Positions 1 to 7,374 of a stretch of DNA of 64,000 nucleotides are shown here, piece after piece; the first letter of the stretch is position 1; every line of letters starts with the position of its first letter. The stretch lies in the NCBI GenBank assembly GCA_019894715.1, contig JAGXOA010000008.1, positions 6,710-70,709 of the forward strand, given 5' to 3'. The DNA is from Promethearchaeota archaeon (GTDB lineage: Archaea > Asgardarchaeota > Lokiarchaeia > Sigyniarchaeales > SOKP01). The position numbers were made by a program, and so were the translations under genes. The notes under the pieces are model-generated. The model was not told the origin of the DNA, made no database searches, and was given only the letters and a program-made list of their open reading frames with translations.

Positions 1-106
1 TTGCTAATTTAGGATAAATTATAGTACCTGTAGTAATTGGAAGACTAGAAATATCTATTTTATCTAAATATTTCTCAACTGGATCAAATTTTTTGTTATT
101 TTCCAT
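1..106 (-). CDS. hypothetical protein, N-terminal part only (gene runs off the window start)
   Basis: Minus-strand ATG at 106-104 opens a frame reading MENNKKFDPVEKYLDKIDISSLPITTGTIIYPKLA... with no stop before position 1. The start overlaps the stop of the upstream 541-aa gene, an operon-like arrangement. No family recognised. Confidence 0.3.
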   Translation of the reverse strand, partial: MENNKKFDPVEKYLDKIDISSLPITTGTIIYPKLA

Positions 107-1721
107 CTAAATTTTCCCCTAGTATTTTAAATATATCTTTTTTATCAATTTTTTTTACTGGAAAATTAGTATACAAACTATCTCCTCTTAATTCATCATA
201 TTTGATTGTCGAACTAATTGGAAAAAATCCAGAATTATTTCCAATAATAGATCCTGGAAGTGCTGCTGTCTGAGCTTCAAAAGTCACATTATCTCCCATT
301 GTAGTTTCAAAATATGTTAAATTTTCTTCTCCATATACTCCATCAACTACATGATTTGTTATGTGAGAAAAAGTTCCCAAATAGCAATTTTTACCAGTAT
401 TTACATTACTATGCAAGAACGTTTCTTCAATTATTGTTCCCTTTCCTATTTTATTAGATCCAAGAAATCTAAGTTCCCAATTTATCAACCAAGGAAATGG
501 TGAACGTATAAATGCAAAAATAGGATATTTAAATAGAAAAGATTTAAAATGATAATAAAACAATGCTTTGGCATCATTATCTAGATTTCTATCAAAAATT
601 CCTTGATTAGGACCTCTTTTTTTAACATACTTATAAATAAATCTAGTATTGCAGGCTACAAAAAATAAATGTAAAAGATACATCCCAATAAATACAAGAG
701 GCAAAGTTAACAAAATTAAAATAATTTTTATGTTTAAAAAAAAGTCTAATTTAATAGAAATTAATAATAAATTAGGTTCTAAAAATCCATGAAAATATGA
801 AAAGAATAAAATACCAGGAAGGAAAAAAGAAAATCCACAAATTATCCAACCAGAAGCTATATAAATATGAAAAGCAATTCCTAATTCTTTATTTTCATCT
901 TGAAAATTATCTTTTTCTTTGATTTTTGGTTCAATTTCATTTTTAATCACTTCTTCAAAAAATATTTTTTTATTCTGAATAATTGATTTTTTATTTATTT
1001 TTTTACAAGGGCTTCCTCTGTATATACTTTCAGTTTCTAAAATTTGATTTATTTTAGTTGATGAATTGGCATCGATTATTGTATTCTTTTTTATTTTAGT
1101 ACCTGGAAGAATAACAGAATGTATTCCAATAATTACATTATCATCTATCTTAACTTTTTTTAAAATTAATTTATCTTGAATTATCATACTTGATAAAATT
1201 AAACTACCTTGTCCTAGTTTAACATTGTTTCCAATCTCTATAAATTCAGTATCAATCCATCCTTCATGGAGAGATACTTTCCCTTTTATATTAAGTCCAA
1301 ATACTTTTAGAATATATATTTCAAAACATGGAATTGAAATTTGTCTTCCAATCCAAATGGGCCATTTTTTAATAATTGCTCTAATACTCCAATAACAATA
1401 ATCCTTATCTTTCTTATTTCTATAAAAAACACCTTCTCTTGGTTTGTGCATTAAATTGGCTAGAGATAAAAATATTTTTGATATAAAGAGACTGCTAAAA
1501 AGAAGTATAATAATACCTACTACAAAGATAAAAGGAAAGAATATATAAAATTGAATTGATTCGGTTGGAAGTAATTGCCAATATCCCCAGAACATCCAAA
1601 TAGAAGGTTGAGCACCTAAAATCATAATTAATAAATATAAAATTAAATAACGGTTTTTTACAAGAGTATTTGTTGTTCTAGGACCTTGTCTCAAGGATGA
1701 TGGCGTAGAAATAGGGATCAC
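96..1721 (-). CDS. polytopic membrane protein with two hexapeptide-repeat (left-handed beta-helix, acyltransferase-like) domains
   Basis: 541-aa ORF. Hydrophobic helices (YLILYLLIMILGAQPSIWMFWGYW, FYIFFPFIFVVGIIILLFSSLFI, GWIICGFSFFLPGILFF, ILILLTLPLVFIGMYLLHLFFV) alternate with two hexapeptide-like blocks (IEIGNNVKLGQGSLI..VKIDDNVIIGIHSVILPGTKI and TMGDNVTFEAQTAALPGSIIGNNS). Confidence 0.6.
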   Translation of the reverse strand: MIPISTPSSLRQGPRTTNTLVKNRYLILYLLIMILGAQPSIWMFWGYWQLLPTESIQFYIFFPFIFVVGIIILLFSSLFISKIFLSLANLMHKPREGVFYRNKKDKDYCYWSIRAIIKKWPIWIGRQISIPCFEIYILKVFGLNIKGKVSLHEGWIDTEFIEIGNNVKLGQGSLILSSMIIQDKLILKKVKIDDNVIIGIHSVILPGTKIKKNTIIDANSSTKINQILETESIYRGSPCKKINKKSIIQNKKIFFEEVIKNEIEPKIKEKDNFQDENKELGIAFHIYIASGWIICGFSFFLPGILFFSYFHGFLEPNLLLISIKLDFFLNIKIILILLTLPLVFIGMYLLHLFFVACNTRFIYKYVKKRGPNQGIFDRNLDNDAKALFYYHFKSFLFKYPIFAFIRSPFPWLINWELRFLGSNKIGKGTIIEETFLHSNVNTGKNCYLGTFSHITNHVVDGVYGEENLTYFETTMGDNVTFEAQTAALPGSIIGNNSGFFPISSTIKYDELRGDSLYTNFPVKKIDKKDIFKILGENLDGK

Positions 1722-1831
1722 ATCAATAGTTAAATATTAAATATAATTCTCTATATATGTTTTATATTATAAAAGAGAATGAAATTAAATTTTAGTAATT
1801 CAACATAATTCAAAAAATCATTTTAAAATTC

Positions 1832-2194
1832 TCAATCAAATTCATTTTTAAAATTTTTAATTGTTTCTATATTGTTATCAGAATCTATGGTTATTGCTAA
1901 AATACTGAGCTCTTCTTCATCTTTATGTTCAGGATCCTCCATTAGAAAATAAAATTTATTTTTCTCACTATTATATCCTAATTCCATTTCACCACAATTT
2001 TTTGGTAAGATCTTTTTTAATTCTTGGGGTGCGGTTTCTACTAAAATCTTAAAAATAGAGTCTTCTATATTTCTTTGTTTTTCCCGAAACTCTCTTAACG
2101 TTGGAAAGTCAAACTCTTGAAATGAATCACCAACTTGATTATTTAGTTCATTCCATTGATTGAATAACTCTTTTAATTTACGAATTTTTGACAT
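1832..2194 (-). CDS. hypothetical acidic 120-aa protein
   Basis: Clean ORF in an otherwise stop-dense AT-rich background. No recognisable motif. Confidence 0.45.
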   Translation of the reverse strand: MSKIRKLKELFNQWNELNNQVGDSFQEFDFPTLREFREKQRNIEDSIFKILVETAPQELKKILPKNCGEMELGYNSEKNKFYFLMEDPEHKDEEELSILAITIDSDNNIETIKNFKNEFD

Positions 2195-2305
2195 GATTAT
2201 TTAATTATCACTTAAAAATTAAAATTATCTATTTATTATCACACGATATTGAGAAATTATTAAAAATAAAGTATTCTTAAATTGGATAATCGATAATTTA
2301 ATCTG

Positions 2306-2890
2306 GTGATAAAAATAAATATAAAACTTTCCAAACCTACTTTAAAAGGTTTAAAAAGCCTCGAAGAATGCATATATTACCGAAAAAGTATAAGAAATTT
2401 TAAACAGAAGGATGTAGATATCGATAAAATATCCCAAATTTTATGGGTTGCTCAAGGTTATAATAATAGCAAAAGAACAATACCTTCAGCAGGTGCTACT
2501 TATCCTTTAGAAATATATTTAACATACAAAAATAAAGGATTTTTTTATTATAATCTAATGAAAAACATATTAGAACTAAAAATAAATAAAGATTTATCTT
2601 ATGAAATAGCGAAATATGCACATTCTCAAGTATATCTTTATACTGCTCCAATAAATGTAATAATTTGTGCTGATTATTCAAGAACATGTGTAAGATATAA
2701 AGAGAAAGGAATAAGATATGTACATTTTGAAGCAGGTCATTGTGCTCAAAATATTCATTTACAAGCAGTAGCTTTAGGATTAGGTTCTGTACCTATTGGT
2801 GCATTTATTGATTATAATATAAAAGAAATATTAAGACTACCCGAAAATCTTACTCCACTTTATATAATATGTATAGGCTATCCAGAATAA
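2306..2890 (+). CDS. nitroreductase-family / SagB-type dehydrogenase domain protein
   Basis: GTG start. Motifs RKSIRNF, LWVAQGYN, RTIPSAGATYPLEIY and HFEAGHCAQNIHLQAVALGLGSVPIGAF are typical of the nitroreductase fold. Confidence 0.7.
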   Translation: MIKINIKLSKPTLKGLKSLEECIYYRKSIRNFKQKDVDIDKISQILWVAQGYNNSKRTIPSAGATYPLEIYLTYKNKGFFYYNLMKNILELKINKDLSYEIAKYAHSQVYLYTAPINVIICADYSRTCVRYKEKGIRYVHFEAGHCAQNIHLQAVALGLGSVPIGAFIDYNIKEILRLPENLTPLYIICIGYPE

Positions 2891-2942
2891 TCTAAATACA
2901 TTAATATAAAAGTAATAATTTCACTTCCTATAGTAGATAATA

Positions 2943-3683
2943 ATGTCCATCATAAAGAATATTAAAAACCAACTGAAAAAGAAAACTATTGAAGAAATAA
3001 ATAGTTTAATTATAGATTTATCAAAAAATCCAAATGAAAAGTCCAAATTTATTATAGAATATCTTATCAATAATCTTTCTCGAGAAGAATTTAACAGAAT
3101 AAAAATAAATCTATTTTATTTTATAGGTAGACTATCTAAAACAGAAAAAATTGAGAATATATTAATAGAATTTTTAATAGATCAATTCCAAATATCAGAC
3201 CAATGGGAAAGAAGGGAAATTACTAAATCACTTAGAATTATTTCTAAAAATCAACAATTAAATGAAGGAATTATCAATCAATTGGTGATATCTCTGAAAG
3301 AAGATTATATACCAATTATAAAAAATATATTGGAAATCATTCTAAATATTCAAAGTTTAAATCAAAATATGATCAATGATATTTTATTATTATCTGATCA
3401 TAGAGATCGAGATATATCGATACTAAAAAAGAAAATATTTCTAAAGTTTATACATAATGAAAAAGAACTCTTTAAATTGCTCGATAACATGGATTTTTAT
3501 GAAAAACTAAGTGAAAGAAGCTTTAGAAAAATAATTGTATCATATTTTAGCCAATTAATTGAATTAAAGCCCTTTAGAATTAGAATTGAAAATTCAAATT
3601 GGAAGGAAAGAAAAAAAGAAAATTTTCTTAAAGAATTAGACACTTTTCAAAAAATATTATCAAAGGCACCTAAATTTAGTTAA
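2943..3683 (+). CDS. hypothetical helical-repeat protein
   Basis: 246-aa ORF, Leu/Ile/Lys-rich and predicted all-helical. No specific family recognised. Confidence 0.45.
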   Translation: MSIIKNIKNQLKKKTIEEINSLIIDLSKNPNEKSKFIIEYLINNLSREEFNRIKINLFYFIGRLSKTEKIENILIEFLIDQFQISDQWERREITKSLRIISKNQQLNEGIINQLVISLKEDYIPIIKNILEIILNIQSLNQNMINDILLLSDHRDRDISILKKKIFLKFIHNEKELFKLLDNMDFYEKLSERSFRKIIVSYFSQLIELKPFRIRIENSNWKERKKENFLKELDTFQKILSKAPKFS

Positions 3684-3963
3684 ATATCATCAAAAAAAAT
3701 AATAAAAATATAAATATTTGTTATAAATTTTTATTAATAATTCTTAACACACCATCTCTTTAATAATCTCTCTTTTCTATATCTCTAATAAAACATCATA
3801 TTCAAGGTATATAAAAAAGAGATTATTAAAGAGATCAATAAAGATTAGCATTGGAATTTTGATATTATTATGAGATGATTTCCCTCATTTATGGAATAAT
3901 ATTCTCATTTCGAGAAAAATGATCATGAGCCTTCATCTATCATAGTTAGACTAAGACGACCTC

Positions 3964-4101
3964 ATGAATGGTAAAGTAGTCGGAGATGATTCCTTTGGGA
4001 ATTTATTCGATAGAGGTAACTGGTTTTGGCCTGTACGAATAAGGGATAAGATCCAAACTTCGTATGAACAAATTGTAGTAAAAAATGTTAATATTATTTA
4101 A
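3964..4101 (+). other. 45-codon micro-ORF inside Family-A copy 1 (coding status unproven)
   Basis: ATG 3964, TAA 4099-4101, reading [45 protein letters not shown]. The same frame is open with identical length in copy 2 (27016-27153). No Shine-Dalgarno-like sequence upstream. Confidence 0.3.
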
Positions 4102-4117
4102 CATTTTTACTATTTTT
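4078..4117 (+). terminator. hairpin plus T-tract at the 3' end of Family-A copy 1
   Basis: gtaaaaaatgttaa / tatta / ttaacatttttac forms a 13-bp stem with one bulged A, followed by tattttt. The identical structure occurs at 27130-27169. Confidence 0.55.
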
Positions 4118-4124
4118 GATAACC

Positions 4125-5321
4125 TTATTCTTGATTAATTTTATCATAATAAATAATATCATTAAAAATCTTTATTAATATCTTTATAATGTTTCTGGGA
4201 TTACCTTCTGACTTATTATAGATCTTCTTTAAAATACTTTTACTTAGAGGATAATATGGATTTTTGAAATCAGATAATATTTCGGAGGAATTGATTGATT
4301 TAAGAAATTTATCGATCGTAAGTTTATAGAATTTATAGATATCTTCTTCCTTAAAATTAGATAAAAATAATGGTTCTTTTAGATTATTTGATAGTTCTAT
4401 ATTCTCTTGTTTAAATAACTTTTTTATTTCATCTAAAGAATTTTTAGAATTCAAAGTAATAATTTTCTTTAAATTCTTGATATTTTGCAATTCAGAAATT
4501 TTACCTAAGATATTTTTTGCAACAATATTATCAGAAGACTCTTCTGCACCATAATACCAGCTAGAATCAAAAAAGGTTTCAATTTCTTCTTCTTCCTTCA
4601 TTAGAGTAATAATTTTATCAAAATCATCAATAAAAATAATAGTGCCTAGCTTAGAATTTTCTATCAATACTTTTAACATAGTAAAGGCATTTTTTTTATT
4701 TCTTAGATCATTCTCGACATCTAATAGGGCAAGTTCTCTTATATTCATAAGTTCTCCTAATAAATAATCTTCAGCATCTATTCTTTTATATGGATCTAGT
4801 TGATGTGAGGTTATAACATTTATAATATCATTTAAAGAATTTTTATCCCCAAAATCATCTTTCCATTTATTAAGCGCGTTACTTCTTGCTTTTTGGATAT
4901 CAGGTATCGGAAAGAATCCATACTTCTTTTCCAGACCACTCCAATTATTGCACAATTCTTGTGTAATCATTCTAAGGTTTTCTATTCCTAATTCTTCAAT
5001 AAATTCAGAATATAAGTTAAAATAGAATTTTCTGTAAATATTATCTAAGGATATATAGATAATATTAAACTTATCTTTAAGATTCATTTTAAGAGACCAA
5101 AATAAATGGGTTTTACCAACACCAATATCTCCAAGAATAGGTAAAATAAAACCCTCATTTTCAGTTACAAATTTTATTAAAGAATTTAAAAAATGTCTTC
5201 TTGAATCGACAAAATCTAATAATTCCTCTATTTCACCTGTAGCTACAAAATTATTAAATGGATTTATTTTTATTTTTAATAATTTTAAGAATTTGAGTTT
5301 TAGGTTTTCCCACAGAAGCAA
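4125..5321 (-). CDS. AAA+/ORC-Cdc6-like P-loop ATPase (archaeal-ATPase type)
   Basis: Walker A ILGDIGVGKTHLFW, Walker B IIFIDDFDKI, and a C-terminal lid-like SEGNPRNIIKILIKIF resembling the GxxR lid motif of Cdc6-like AAA+ proteins. Confidence 0.65.
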   Translation of the reverse strand: MLLWENLKLKFLKLLKIKINPFNNFVATGEIEELLDFVDSRRHFLNSLIKFVTENEGFILPILGDIGVGKTHLFWSLKMNLKDKFNIIYISLDNIYRKFYFNLYSEFIEELGIENLRMITQELCNNWSGLEKKYGFFPIPDIQKARSNALNKWKDDFGDKNSLNDIINVITSHQLDPYKRIDAEDYLLGELMNIRELALLDVENDLRNKKNAFTMLKVLIENSKLGTIIFIDDFDKIITLMKEEEEIETFFDSSWYYGAEESSDNIVAKNILGKISELQNIKNLKKIITLNSKNSLDEIKKLFKQENIELSNNLKEPLFLSNFKEEDIYKFYKLTIDKFLKSINSSEILSDFKNPYYPLSKSILKKIYNKSEGNPRNIIKILIKIFNDIIYYDKINQE

Positions 5322-5331
5322 TATAAATACC

Positions 5332-5958
5332 TCATTCTTTTATTGTCTCTATACCTATTATAATAATATATCTAATTAACTTATCTGAAACATTGACAAT
5401 GGATTCATAACTTATAGATAGATTTTCTTTTTTATTTCTTCCTATAATTAGTGTTCCATAAAAAATAGGATTACTAGATTCATCAATAACAACTCTATCT
5501 GCCACACATATTCCATTATGAATTAATGCGATAGGATTTTTCAATATTTCTCCTTTAAAAAAATCTAAATGATTCATTCCTAAATGATTTTCGTTTAATA
5601 ATAATCCTGCTGAATGAAGTAAATTAATAGTATAAGGAAAAGCATCTGAAAATCTCTCTTTATCAAATTTCTCAACTAAATCCTCTGGTATTAACACAGA
5701 ATAATCAATAGTATCTTCATCTAAATTAAATCGAAAATTCGAACTTATTGAAAATGCTTCTTTTTTATTTGCTAAAATGGATTCAAAACCTACCATTAAA
5801 CCTTTATTGATTTCAATAATATTATCATAATAAACCAATGAATCCGTAAGAATAATATTTTCATTTTTACACATAACTATTATCGAACCATTAAATTTTC
5901 CATGAGTTCTGATATTTTTAACAGAGTCATATATTATATTTTTTGTATCGAGATTCAT
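5332..5958 (-). CDS. hypothetical 208-aa protein, apparently co-transcribed with the ATPase
   Basis: Only a 10-nt gap to the downstream ATPase gene on the same strand. No motif recognised. Confidence 0.5.
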   Translation of the reverse strand: MNLDTKNIIYDSVKNIRTHGKFNGSIIVMCKNENIILTDSLVYYDNIIEINKGLMVGFESILANKKEAFSISSNFRFNLDEDTIDYSVLIPEDLVEKFDKERFSDAFPYTINLLHSAGLLLNENHLGMNHLDFFKGEILKNPIALIHNGICVADRVVIDESSNPIFYGTLIIGRNKKENLSISYESIVNVSDKLIRYIIIIGIETIKE

Positions 5959-6093
5959 TTTCAGGGTTTTTAATTTAATCGTATTTTTTTTATTTAAATA
6001 ATTCTCTAGCTTTCTGACATTAACATTTTATACTATTATTTGATATACTAGATTATTAATTATAATTTTGGTTTATAAATAATATTATCAATC

Positions 6094-7317
6094 ATGGTAA
6101 AACGAGTTCTTGATTTATCTAAATTAGACCTTTTAGAAAGAGCCTCTCAATTCATTTATTCCACAGGATTAAATGATGGTACTTCTGAATTATGTAGGAA
6201 TAACATGAAATATGGTCTAGCTCAAATGCATTTGATTCAAGAAAAATATGGATTTGATCCTACAGCAACATTTATTTCCTCTCCTGATGAAACTATTTCA
6301 AGAAATAAATTAAGATGGGATTCTGGTTATGGTTATGGAGGAAAAATCGTATGGGGTTCAGGTAAGGATAAAATTGTCTTTTTAAATACAAAACCAAATC
6401 AATGTGGTATTTTAGTAGGTGGAATAAATGAAATTATTGATCCTTATACCATTATAAAGAAAATTAACGAAATAAACCAAAAGAAAATATATCATAATGA
6501 TATTTTGTTAGATTGGGATTATGGAATAAGTAATCATTTTATTAGTTTATTTGAAACAAAATACTTATCAGATATTGAATTTCCCCCTTATATTTTTTTG
6601 ATTCATGGTTCTGCTCCTGAAATTCGAGGAGATAAATATGGTATAGGTATTTATATAGATAAATCTAAAAATCTAAAAAATATGGCAATAAAAGAATCAA
6701 CAGTGTTTGGAGATCAATATATATTGGTAGATTCAAATGCTGATAAATATTTAGAATTAAATAACAAAGCATTGGATTTTTCAAAAGATAAAAGAGAGAT
6801 CATAGCGAAAGAATTATTTGAAAATGATTTTAAAATTATATGCAATCAACATCATCAATTTTTAGAGAATTTAAATACAATTTATTTAGGTTCTAGTTGC
6901 ACAAATATAGATAGCAGGGCAGTAGAATCAAATATCTTTCCAATTGTTTTAAGAGCTGATCTCCCGGCATATCTATTTGAAGGAAAAAAAAATTTTTCAA
7001 TTACTACAATAAAAAATCAAGATTTTGTTGATAGAGCTGAGAAATATAACGTTTTAGATAGACTTCAAAATGCGAATATTTTACCTCATGGAGCAGGATA
7101 TGCTTTCCCAGATATTAAGCACGTGACTGAAGTTATAGAATATAAGGAACAAAGATATTTTGTTTTGTCTTGTAATAATAAAGCAAAAAAGATAATTCGA
7201 GACCCAAATAACGTGCAATTTGAATATCGAGGAAGGGTTATTATTCTTAAAACACTTCAATTAGATTTAGGAGGAATTATTGCAAAATTAAATCCAATAT
7301 TTAGTTTAAAATTATAG
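6094..7317 (+). CDS. divergent RtcB-like protein (RNA 3'-phosphate ligase family)
   Basis: The RtcB motif order is recognisable: WDSGYGYGGKIV (cf PDxHxGxGxxIG), KPNQCGILVGG (cf DIGCG), ISNHFISLFE (cf GNHFIE), LIHGSAPEIRG (cf HSGSRG), CNQHHQF (cf NCHHNY) and LPHGAGYAF (cf HGAGR). At 407 aa it is shorter than canonical archaeal RtcB. Confidence 0.6.
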   Translation: MVKRVLDLSKLDLLERASQFIYSTGLNDGTSELCRNNMKYGLAQMHLIQEKYGFDPTATFISSPDETISRNKLRWDSGYGYGGKIVWGSGKDKIVFLNTKPNQCGILVGGINEIIDPYTIIKKINEINQKKIYHNDILLDWDYGISNHFISLFETKYLSDIEFPPYIFLIHGSAPEIRGDKYGIGIYIDKSKNLKNMAIKESTVFGDQYILVDSNADKYLELNNKALDFSKDKREIIAKELFENDFKIICNQHHQFLENLNTIYLGSSCTNIDSRAVESNIFPIVLRADLPAYLFEGKKNFSITTIKNQDFVDRAEKYNVLDRLQNANILPHGAGYAFPDIKHVTEVIEYKEQRYFVLSCNNKAKKIIRDPNNVQFEYRGRVIILKTLQLDLGGIIAKLNPIFSLKL

Positions 7318-7374
7318 TTTGAATATTTTATTATAATATAATTCTATTTTGTGACTTTTACTAATACAAATAAT

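Larger units (their letters stand above)
3684..4125 (+). repeat. Family-A conserved intergenic element, copy 1 (candidate ncRNA or micro-ORF locus)
   Basis: Aligns by eye over nearly its whole length with 26721-27177. Shared 5' block atatcatcaaaaaaaataataaaaatat.aatatttgttataaatttttattaa. Shared ~270-nt 3' core gcattggaatttt...gtaactggttttgg.ctgtac.aataaggga.aagatccaaacttcgtatgaac. Identical terminal hairpin. No ORF in the supplied track. Confidence 0.8.

Noticed and set aside
2496-2687. Short antisense ORFs listed in the track: 2496-2687, 8150-8374, 8429-8647, 16374-16568, 20468-20650, 20559-20798, 21845-22033, 22607-22810, 24353-24592, 24507-24698, 26200-26382, 29525-29815, 31774-32220, 36358-36549, 37195-37431, 38799-39005, 41888-42106, 43002-43280, 48366-48560, 49077-49265, 49349-49582, 50330-50527, 53474-53677, 59900-60157 and 61228-61539
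   Set aside because: Each is nested in or antisense to a longer ORF with strong family motifs. None shows a recognisable domain. I treat them as shadow ORFs.
3754-3835. Perfect 18-bp inverted repeat inside Family-A copy 1 as a functional long hairpin
   Set aside because: The right arm is absent from copy 2, so the hairpin is not a conserved feature of the family. It is probably a local duplication or inversion.
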